This document shows, piece after piece, positions 26,468 to 43,510 of a stretch of DNA of 64,000 nucleotides; the stretch's first letter is position 1; the number at the start of each line of letters is the position of its first letter. A program made the translations under genes and the position numbers. Location: NCBI RefSeq assembly GCF_963506605.1, contig NC_083288.1, positions 44,516,001 to 44,580,000 of the forward strand, given 5' to 3'. This DNA comes from Zootoca vivipara (taxonomy: Eukaryota). The notes beneath the pieces were generated by a model. It was not told where the DNA came from. It ran no database searches and saw only the letters and a program-made list of their open reading frames with translations.

Positions 26468-26797
<330 letters not shown>

Positions 26798-28479
26798 CTA
26801 ACGCAGACAACGAATATGAAGCAGCCCCCGAAAAACCACTTTTAAATAGGTTGGAATCGGACCAGAATGAAAACTTTAACAGAGAGTCTCGTATTTGCAT
26901 ACGCGTTACGCCTCCGTATGCATGAATCGATGCTATCCAATGAACGATGAACAGCTAATTTCAAACGAACCAATCAACACTCTCCCACAAATGGTAGCAT
27001 AAGCGCTGTTTGGCGCCTTTCTCCGTCTCTGATCAAAAGATGTTTTTGTGCACTCCTGGCCTACCCGGGCTTTGGGGCGGAAGTAAAAATCACGCTTGAA
27101 GTTACAGCTTCGAGAATAGTATCATATTCATTCTCGGCCTAGCCTCCTTCAGTCGAGGAGGAGGGACTTTTGATTGGCTTCGTGGGAGCGGGATTTCCCC
27201 TTTTAATTGCTAATTTTAACTCCACATCCTGCTGTGTGGACAACATGAATCTGCTTGTACGAAAATAAATGTAAGGAAGCAGGCATCGCCTTTGCTGTAA
27301 ATAGAAATCACCAATGCATGTGGTGATTAAAAGTAAAAATATAGATTCTGATTTTAGCTTTTAGAGGAAGCCATTTTTAGTACCTAACGTCAACCACAGG
27401 ATTAACAATACGTGCAGCACCACTGACAAAAATTACACACACCCCAGTAGAGCGTGGGAGCTATTTTCAATTTGGTGCTCAAAACATACTGGTGAGGGGA
27501 TATTATGAGGGAGAAGGGTATGGTTTGTATCCAACATTACAGGAACTGGGTTCCACCCACGCAATGGGACTTTCACGTCTCTCCTTTCACGTCAGACAAG
27601 CCTCTGGAGCAATTTCCAGGGCGCATGCGAGTTGCTTAGGGCGCCAAAATGGAGAGGGCACTGGCCAGCCTGCCCCCCCAACCCCTGCCACACTTCCTTT
27701 TGTATTTTTTTTTCTGAGGCTGCCGGGCTGGGGGCTGGGCTGGGGCCCTAGGAGGAGGTGAGGGGTGGGCTAGGCTAGCGAGACGCCACGTTAGTGGCTG
27801 GCTGGCGTGACCCGCTGGCACTTCACTCAAGTCCACAGCCTCCGGACTCGGCTTGCCTACCGGCGTTGCTTCTTCCCACTAAAGGAGTGGCTCCCAGTTT
27901 GGGTTGAGCCTTCTGGGGGGCTGGAGCCGAATAATATAAAAAAGCTAGAGAGGGGGGGTAATCATCAATGTGTGTCTGAGCTGGGCTGGGGGGGGGGTTG
28001 GACTTCCGGGGAGGAGGAAATTGAATGATTGGATTGCAAAGGAAGCTGGAGAGGTGTGTGCCTGCCTGCCTGGGGTGGGGTGGGGGCTGTTGACGGGTGG
28101 GGGAGGGGGGCTGCAGGCGATGCCCGATGTCTTAAGTGCCTGATTTCTTCAATGTACCAAGCAGACAGGTACACAAGTTTATGGGCCACATTTCTGAAGC
28201 AGCACAAAACAGCCCCTGAAAGAAACCATTTTTCACTCCAAAGGCTGACCAAATGTTTACTAAAGATTTCTCTGCAAGGAAGGAGGGGGTGGGGAGGGGA
28301 GGGGAAGTTTCCCATTGTCCCATAAATTAAAGTGATCAATGATTACCATTTTAAAGGAATGGCCAGGAGCCTACCTGGAAAGGCAATCAGATAAGATATC
28401 ATATAAGCTGGTCTGGCAAGGCTGGAGATTTATGGACTTTTAATGCAAGTAAAAAATTTTGTGGCCAAGACTGATACTT

Positions 28480-28612
28480 GGACATAGCTCTGTTGGTTAG
28501 AACACTGTGCAGATAATGCCAAGGTTGCAGGTTCTATTCAGCTGTATATTCCTCCATTGCAGGGGGTTAGACTAGATGAACCTAGAGGTCCCTTCCAACT
28601 CTGCAATTCTAT
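28480..28612 (+). mobile_element. CR1-tailed SINE with tRNA-Ile(AAT)-like head
   Basis: TAGCTCTGTTGGTTAGAACACTGTGCAGATAATGCCAAGGTTGCAGGTTC plus ATTCCTCCATTGCAGGGGGTTAGACTAGATGA...TTCCAACTCT tail. Confidence 0.75.
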
Positions 28613-29667
28613 CCAGTGCAGACAAACTTTCAAATCTCATTAATGGGTCCTACTTGCACATGAAGTGTTGTGAACACTTGGTACATTGCAATACTTATTA
28701 ATCAAGTTTACTTCAAAATGTCATAAATAGGACTTACTCCTGGGAACTGCATTAAGGAGTGTGAATTTGCAACATAATCCTATGCAGGTCTACTCAGAAT
28801 TAACTCCTGTTGATTACAGTGAGGGCTGTTCCCATATAGGACTGCAACCTTCATTTTCTGTCAAGATGATAAGTGCTTTATTTATATATAAAATTAAAAA
28901 ATTCCTTCCAGCAGCACTCTTTCCGCTTGCGTGTGGGAGCTTGATCCAAGGAGGAAAGATGACAAAAGTAACCAGAGAAATCCAAATGGCCTGAAATGAT
29001 TGGAGACCTCTCTGAATCTGGAGACCGCTGTTCTGGTATTCCTGGGTGTTGATTGACACTTAGTAAGTACAAATCCATAGTGGGGAGTGATGTTGTGCTC
29101 AGGTCTTGCTTGGGAACCTGGTGGAGCAGTGAGAGCAGAATTATTGGCTAGATTGGTCTTTTTTAGCCAGATCCAGCAGGGGAATTCCTACCATTTATGG
29201 GATTGCTGGAGTACATGGGCCCTTGGTCTGCACTAGCTCTACTTTGCTAAGTGTTACACCATTTTAGTAGAAGTAAAAAAGCAGCCAGCACACCTCACCC
29301 TGCATATCTAACACTATCCTGGTTACTTATGCCAGATAATTTCTAGGAGAAATAAACAGGAGTCCATCACATTGTCAAGATCAGGCAGGGCAGAATGTAT
29401 CAACTTGTACTCGTTCCTCCAAGTGATGGCATCTGGCTGAAGAGCCCTTCGCATAGCTGTGACCAAAGACATGCTACTCTGCTGTGATGAGAGCAGCTCA
29501 GGAGCAAGTGCTGAATAAAAGTCTGTTGCAACTCTGCCCAGGGTACACCCCTCACCAAGGCCCTGTTCTGCTTATTGGAGGATATTTGCATAGATGTCAT
29601 ATGCCCTTGGCCTGTATTAAGTCTTTGCCTTGCAAGGTAGAATATTGGGGGGGGGGTATTTTATATT

Positions 29668-30367
29668 ACATTTGTAGGGAAACCAAAATGCTTGTTTACA
29701 AAGCTATTGTACTACCAACCTTACTATATGCTTGTGAAACATGGACCGCTTATAAACGCCATCTCCAACTCCTCGAAAGATTCCATCAACGGTGTCTCCA
29801 AAAAATTTTACACATCATTTCGGAAGACAGGCCAACTAATATCAATGTACTGGAAGAAGCAAAGATCACCTATGTTGAAGCAATGATTCTTCAACATCAA
29901 CTTCGTTGGCCTGGTCATGTTGTGCGGATGCCTGATGATCGTCTTCCAAAGCAACTACTCTACTCCGAACTTAAAAATGGAAAGCGTAATTGCTGGTGGT
30001 CAACAAAAGAGGTTTAAAGACTGTCTCAAGGCAAATCTAAAAAAATGTAGTATAAACACTGACAACTGGGAAATACTGGCCTGCGAGCGCTCCAGTTGGA
30101 AAACAGCCTTTACCAAAGGTGTCACAGGCTTTGAATTAAAGGTAAGACACTTGAACTCAGGATGCAAGGGAGAAATGTGCGAAGAGGAAGGCACACTTGG
30201 CAAATCCACACCGTGATCAACTCCCTCCCGGAAACCAATGTCCCCACTGTGGAAGAACGTGTGGATCCAGAATTGGCCTACACAGTCACTTACAGACTGA
30301 TTGTTAAAACTGTGTTTATGGAAGACAATCTTACTTGGCTACGAGTGATCGCCAAAGAAGAGAAGAA
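29668..30367 (+). mobile_element. RTE-clade LINE 3' fragment (frameshifted)
   Basis: TKMLVYKAIVLPTLLYACETWT...RWPGHVVRMPDDRLPKQLLYSEL typical of the RTE C-terminal region; (GAA)n-like tail. Confidence 0.8.
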
Positions 30368-30871
30368 ATTACCAATTGCCCTGGCCCTACCCACAATTAG
30401 CATGTGGTCCCTGCAATACTACACGAGGCAATGCAGCCCTCTGGCTGAAAAAAACAAACACCCCACATTCCCAACCCTAACTTGGGGCAAATTGACAAGC
30501 CGACATTTTTCTGCAAAAGTGGGCTGGGCCAACTTGTTGGTACACAAACAGCACGTGAGATCTTTCATTTTATCCATTGCAAGTGCTTCACTTAGTTCTA
30601 TTTCAGCTACCGTATTTGTGGCTATGGTTTTATGCTCCACACATGAATGCTAATTGTAAAGAGAAGATACAGGCCATTAAAGCTTATATTATTATCTTTT
30701 TATTAAATTTGTATACCACCCTGTACCCGTAGATCTTAGGGTGGTTCACAGAGAAATGCAGAACCACAAACAGGGTCGGGGGCACCAATTGCTATTTGAT
30801 ATTGACTTATTGTAATGTAAGCATTTAGAGGAACAGTTGGATGTTTTATGCAGCTGCATAGATTTAAATGA

Positions 30872-31009
30872 TTGTTGTTGTTGTTCAGTCGTTTAGTCGT
30901 GTCCGACTCTTTGTGACCCCATGGACCAGAGCATGCCAGGCACTCCTGTCTTCCACTGCCTCCCGCAGTTTGGTCAAACTCATGTTCGTAGCTTCGAGAA
31001 CACTGTCCA
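30872..31009 (-). mobile_element. BovB 3' end fragment
   Basis: Near-identical to 59013-59148; (CAA)n tail. Confidence 0.88.
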
Positions 31010-31310
31010 CTGATTAGCGTTCCCCTATTCTGGTGTGTCAATATCATCATTGCTTTCAAACTTCGAAGGTTCAGCAACACCCAAAACACTCATGTCAATT
31101 GAGTGGTTTTGTACATTCATGTTGGACCACTTACGCAATCAAGGGAGATTGAGGCCAGACCATGCCAAATGCACAACACAAATTGCAGTTAGGAACACAG
31201 AAGTCATTACCTCAGCAACACTTGCAGCCAAGTGCTTTTTAAAAACATTACTAACCACCACCCACATTTGCATCACAACCTTTCAAGCGGGGTTCTCACA
31301 CGTTCTAACC

Positions 31311-31533
31311 CATGGGTAGGCAAACTAAGGCCCGAATAAATCCGGCCCGCAGATGGTCCGGGAATCAGTGTGTTTTTACATGAGTAGAATGTGTGCTTTT
31401 ATTTAAAATGCATCTCTGGGTTATTTGTGGGGCATAGGAATTTGTTCATTTTTTTCTTCAAAATATACTCCGGCCCCCCACAAGGTCTGAGGAACAGTGG
31501 AGCGGCCACCTGCTGAAAGTTTGCTGATCCCTG
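31311..31533. mobile_element. hAT MITE (same family as 24988-25304, inverted)
   Basis: Exact 8-bp TSD TTCTAACC; shared internal sequence. Confidence 0.85.
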
Positions 31534-32171
31534 TTCTAACCTCTTCCCCGCCTAATACCCCCTGCCCCCAGAACTGTTACTAGGTGTGGGGAAAATAGCT
31601 GCAGCATTGCTGGCTCTCGGGAGAGGATAATAAAAATGGAAATGTTAAGCTACTCTTCCATTTGTTTTACAAAATGATGTACTCAAGCCACTTCAGAAAA
31701 CTTTCAGTAATCCTTGCTGCCACCATTCTCATTTTTTGGGTGTGTGTTAATTTCTTGACTGAATAAGCGCTTTCTACAAGGAGACCGGCATTCGCTTACT
31801 TTTATGAGGGCACACTGTCAAAGTATACCCTATTATCAAGAAAATATTTGTGACTGTGAATTTACAAGACATGAAATTGTCCACAATTACCGTTTCCTTC
31901 TCAACAAGAAGCCTAGTGTGGACCCAGATGATAGTATTCCTATTTCCATCACCCGCCTTGAAGTGAGCTACAGAGCTCTGCAAATGTATTTATGAACACA
32001 CACATAACACCTTTTTAAAAGGGGACACGATTTAAATCTGGCCTCAGAGTACTGAAGGTCAGCCTTTGCAGCTAAGAACCGTAACGTCACACATTCACAC
32101 AGCCTGCATCCGAAGGCGCTCCCTCCCCACAAATAAACAAGAGGCAAGCCATCTAAAAACAATACGTCCTT

Positions 32172-32177
32172 TTTAAT
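32172..32177 (-). terminator. Probable HNRNPC proximal poly(A) signal (ATTAAA)
   Basis: Minus ...GATACCTCTTTATTGACTTAACAATTAAAAAGG followed by a GU-rich stretch. Confidence 0.6.
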
Positions 32178-32443
32178 TGTTAAGTCAATAAAGAGGTATC
32201 AAAATTAAAAGAGGAGAATTACAGGGGATTTAACTGAACTACTAGGAGATATTTCGGGGGTCTGGCCAGGGGGGGAGGAGAAAGGACAGGTGCAACAGAA
32301 GACACGCCATGAACACACGGGGCTCTGGGATGGAGGGAGGGAAGAGGGCAGTGAGGAGGCAGCCGACAAGGGGCTGGTGAGGCTCAATATCAGAAGAACG
32401 TCGGTGTTTGTTGAGGAGGAGAGAGGAGAGGTGTGTTGGGCGC

Positions 32444-38546
<6,103 letters not shown>

Positions 38547-39438
38547 TCAAGTATGCAGCAGGAACACAGGCTTGGTGCTGGAGGAGGAAGATTGTCAGAA
38601 AAGGGAAAGCAGTCACGTGGGATTTCAGCGTCTTGACACATGCGCACATGCGCACACACGCAGACAACAGAATACACACACAGCCTGGCAGGAAGCGCTT
38701 CCCCCTTTGAACGAGAAGCTATCATCCCTGAGGCATGCTGGAAAATCTCAGATCCATCCTGCAAGCAGTAAGGCATAGCAGAATTGCTAAGCAACTGCGT
38801 TTTCCTTTTTTTAAAAAATGATTGCCACTAGGCAAAGACCATTTCTCATAAGGCACTAAAGGAAGTGAGGTGGCTTTGCCATCAGCCTGCCACGGAACCA
38901 CCCACATTCTCCCACAAGAGACACCTGTGCCCATGTCAAGCATAGGCTGTGCATGATATTGTGTCTAAAGCTAGCAGTGGTATTCCAAGATGGGTGGGTC
39001 TCTTATCACGTCAACCGCTAAGACCCTTATTTCAACGACAAGCATCTTGTGGGTAGAATCAATTTTACTCCCAGCCCTCAATTTTGTTTTTAACCAGCTT
39101 TGTAAGTAACACAACTACAGAAAACCCAGCTCCAGATGAAACCGATACAAAAAGCTTAGTCACCACCTAGCGGAATTTCTAGTAGTGAGACAACTCAGAC
39201 AGTTTTCTCAACAAAACTTCTTTCAAAAACAGCAAGTGAATGCTATCTAACTTTGGACCTCCATTTATAGATGCTTAAAACAAAAGTGCCAAGACCTTGC
39301 TGTGATCTTTAGATTGTTAAACAAGGAAATGAGATTCTGGTTCGTGTCCCAGCCTCATTTCAACCACTTACATGGAGCAACAATGGAGCCTGCTCATCTA
39401 CACAAGTCTCTTGCGCACACCTAGTTAACATCATTATA

Positions 39439-39803
39439 AAAAAGGTAAAGGACCCCTGACAGTTAAGTCCAGTCACCAACGACTCTGGGGTTGCGGCGCT
39501 CATCTTGCTTTACTGGCTGAGGGAGCTGACGTTTGTCTGCAGACAGTTTTTCCGGGTCGTGTAGCTAGCATGACTAAGCCGCTTCTGGCAAAACCAGAGC
39601 AGCGCACGGAAACACCGTTTACCTTCCCACCGGAGCGGTACCTATTTATCTACTTGCACTTTGACGTGCTTTCGAACTGCTAGGTTGGCAGGAGCAGGGA
39701 CCGAGCAACGGGAGCTCACCCCGTCGCAGGGAATCGAACCGCCGACCTTCTAATCGGCAAGCTCTAGGCTCGGTGGTTTAGACCACAGCGCCACCCGCGT
39801 CCC
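39439..39803 (-). mobile_element. Sauria SINE
   Basis: Minus GGGACGCGGGTGGCGCTGTGGTCTAAACCAC...GGGGTCCTTTACCTTT; matches copies at 53.6, 55.1 and 63.9 kb. Confidence 0.88.
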
Positions 39804-40862
39804 TTTAACACAGTTATACAGTACTTAGAATATATTTTTAAAGCGACCAGTGGAAACTAACATAAATCAGTATCAGAACTTCATCTATGTACAAACTCAG
39901 AGTGGTCTTGTAATACATCTGAAAGTAGCCTGGGAAAGAAGTTTCAGCATGGAGGAACATTCAACGCTGCTCACGTTCTCTCTCACGCACACACATTCTC
40001 TTCCCCCCCCCAAGCTATTTACAAAAATCCAACATGGCAATGCCTTTTACTTTCCTGCTCCCACCTTGACACATTTAGTTCTGTTGCATGTGATACTCAA
40101 CAACCCAGACCCATGCCATCAAGTGAACAGAGTAGGGGACTGATTGTTAAGTTTCACTGCTGGAGGTCCATGTTAGATTCTCTGTCCAGCAATGAAACTC
40201 CCAGAGGCTCATGAACACTCTCTGTCTATACTTGCTTCACAGGACTGTTGCAATAACAAAATGAGAATGGAGAGCAACCTCTGGATAATGAATAGAGCCG
40301 CGGGGAAAATCCCAAGACCTTTCAAAAGATTCAACACTTTCAGTTCCAGCTAGCAGTTTTGTTTGAGATGGGCAGAGGAAAAGACTAGAACATGATTTTT
40401 GTGATCCGAAACAAGGTAAATGTGTTTGTGTGTGGTCACAGCATACACTGCAGCCAAAGGCCAGCAAACAGGATTAATAGCAGGAGGTGTATATGGGACT
40501 GACAATATGCAGCAAAGCACAGGGACAGAAATTAGATTTATGGTGCTATCACCTTTCTGTGCGACCTCAAGGTGGCATGAGTGTTTCGTTAATCATCCTC
40601 TACCGAAAACAATTCTAATGGCCAAACGCCAAGGGCAGTCAGAAGGCCCTCTGTTCAAGGCTCCGAGGAGACCCAGCTTTAGTGCTTGCAGGGCTTGATA
40701 AATCCACTTGCCTCCTCACTGTACGTGAGCGCTTTACCCCCAACTGATGACCACCCCTGCACTTCTATCACAAGTCCTGTTAGCAGGGAAGTACCCCCTT
40801 TCACCACCACCATCCCGCCCAATGCTTCAGGGGAAGAAACAAGGTGTTTTTATGTTATGTGG

Positions 40863-40949
40863 AAACAAAATAAAAAAAATTCCTTCCAGTAGCACCTTAG
40901 AGACCAACTGTAAGTTTGTCATTGGTATGAGCTTTCGTGTGCATGCACA
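40863..40949 (-). mobile_element. Penelope-like terminal fragment with truncated hammerhead
   Basis: Same family as 7675; lacks CTGANGA; flanking ATGTGG repeat. Confidence 0.65.
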
Positions 40950-41010
40950 ATGTGGTACTTGTAGTCTTATTTTTCTGGTGAATGTTGTATTTTGTATAAT
41001 GTATGCTTTT

Positions 41011-41066
41011 ATCATCTCAAGAAAGCAACAAATAAATTATCATCTCAAGAAAGCAACAAATAAATT
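41011..41066. repeat. Exact 28-bp tandem duplication
   Basis: ATCATCTCAAGAAAGCAACAAATAAATT twice. Confidence 0.9.
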
Positions 41067-42189
41067 CAGTAAGTAACAACAAAAACAACACACTCTCTTT
41101 CTCTTGCAAGTTGGGCTTTTGCGGCCCATGGCTCCCTCCTGCCAAAAACAGGGGAGAGGGATAAAGGAAGAAATGACACTATCTTTCTCTTTTCTGGAGG
41201 AATGAAGAGGCAATCTCTTTCCTGTCCAGTTCAATTCATGATGCAGGCAGCAAGGAGATGCTGACACTTTCTTTCAGAAGTCCAACTCATGGGGGACACC
41301 CCCCCCCTGAATCAGAAGAAAAGTGGTTTTGCTCCCAGGCGTTTCCACAGAAAGCATCAACTGTGCTTTGCTGTTCTCTCTTTAAAATTTCTATCTATCT
41401 ATCTATTATGGGAAGGAGGGGAGTATTAGCCCTCCTTTATTCCCTTTCCTGCATGGATAAAAGGGTCACTTCCATCCATTCCCATGGGTGGTTCTCATAC
41501 ATCAAAGCTGCAATTTTGCGGGAAATGCCAGGAGTCCCCCTCTGCTGATGCCTTCGGCAAAAACCCAACTGGAAGAAAAAACAAACATTCTCTCTCTCTC
41601 TCTCTCTCACAAGTTAGGCTTTGGCAAATTGCAGCAAGCTGAGGTGGCAAGGAATGACTAGGTTTCCTTCCACAGGTTTTTTGGAAGATGCAGAGGGGTG
41701 CTGCTTTCTTCAAAAGCCTGGTCCGCAAGCTCTCTGCACATTCTACTGCTCTCAGGGAAAGCAGAGTAGCAATGAATGGGTTTGACTCACAAACCAAAAC
41801 AAAATGTGCTGGCTGCCAATTACACGTCTGTCCATGAGTTACCAAAGCCATATTATGACCACCAAACTTGGTTCCAAAGAGAGGTCCCATGACTTTAGCT
41901 GGCACCTAGCATGCACTTCTTCCATTTGTTGCTGTCAGGATGGTGCTGTACCCAAGGCATAGAGAGTAGCTATTATTTCATTATTAACCAAAGCCTTTAT
42001 CAGCCACCACCACTACCTTTAATAATGATCATGATGTAACTTTTCACAAAGTTATTGCCTGAACTTGCTTGTTTCATTCCCGCCCCCGTTGCCTTTCTCA
42101 TGTCTATCCTAAGTCTGCTGGCAGAGACTTCTTTTAATCTCTGCAATGCATCAAGGTAACTTGGGCACTGTGACATACTCAATTATTTT

Positions 42190-42363
42190 TACTGTGTATT
42201 CCTGCGTATAAGAGTAGTGTACTTTTTAACCCAGGAAAATCTTCTCAAAAGTCGGCGGTCGTCTTATACACCGGGCCGTATTTCTTATACGGCGAGTATA
42301 TCCCAAACTCTGTATTTTGACTGGAAAAGTTGGGGGTCGTCTTATACGCCGGAATATACGGTA
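42190..42363. mobile_element. Tc1/mariner (Tc2-like) MITE
   Basis: TA-CTGTGTATTCCTGCGTATAAGA...TCTTATACGCCGGAATATACGG-TA. Confidence 0.65.
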
Positions 42364-43484
42364 TATATAACTCAACTGTTAAAAGAGATTGTTCAATCTG
42401 TTAATCAGGGTCAAGTAACGGGCAAAAGATTCCAAGTATGTGCGCATGCACTGCAATTTTTAACACAGAATTATACTCTGGGAGTGTAGTTTTGTTGCCA
42501 CTTTTTAAAAAAGAAAAGAGCCCACCACACAAAACTGGCCAGGTCACCCCCCCACCCACAAAGCCCAGTGCAACAAGATATACTGAGCTTGGTTGTTGAA
42601 CTTGGTTTTGCTCCCCAAAACAAGACAACCTCTCTCCCCCACTTCTGACCCTTAAAGTGGCTGCATGCACAGAAGGCAATGAAGACCTGAACAGTCCACT
42701 CAGATCTGCTAACAAGAGTTTTGCTTGAAGTGCAGGTGTGTACTCTTTTTCAGCAAGGCCTTTAAGAGGGATGGCTGCTGAAGCCTGGAAGTAAGCCAAC
42801 TCAGCCCCTTACCATCAGCCAAGATGGGTTTGTGTCTGCTCCATGCAAGGCTCCGCAGGTAACGGCCTCTGCCAATCCAGACTGGGCGTCCATGACGGCG
42901 TTTGTAAGGGAGGGACGGTGTGGAGGAAAAGATCAAGACGGGAACTGAAGGGTATGAGACAGGAAGGGGGGGGCAGGGTCTGACCAAGGGAAGGCTGTCA
43001 CTGCTAGCGAGCGATCAGCACCACAGACACATTGCAGCAACAGTTGAAAAATTGCACAGAAATGAAATATTAAAAAATAAAAAATAAAAATAAAAAAGTG
43101 TAGCAACTTCCTGAGATGTTCAAACAAGTTCTGGAGAGAAATTGGGTTCCGTTCTTAGCAGCCAGGCAATCAGGGAGGGAGGGAAAAAAAGAGTTAAACG
43201 CGATCAATCCACTTTTTAAAAAAATGTGTTTTAAAAACCTTGTTGTGTTTTCCCCCCCAAGGGGTTAAAAGCCCAGAGTCAGTTAGGACCACTCAGAAAA
43301 ACTCCATTTTCATCCGGTTAAAAATCAGCAGTCATTTTTTTAATCACCACCATCAGCAACACATCATCATAGTCACAGTCACCACCATCATAGTAGCAAT
43401 AATATCAATAAGTAACTAGCAACAACGATAAAAAGGAAATCAGTGGAAAGGCAGGAAAAAATTGGAAAAAATTGAATAACTTAC

Positions 43485-43510
43485 TGTAGCTGAAGATCAA
43501 AAAAATCTCG
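43485..43510 (-). other. HNRNPC: HNRNPC 26-nt 5'UTR micro-exon
   Basis: ttttttacag|CGAGATTTTTTTGATCTTCAGCTACA|gtaagt; matches the mammalian HNRNPC 5'UTR segment as I recall it. Confidence 0.85.
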
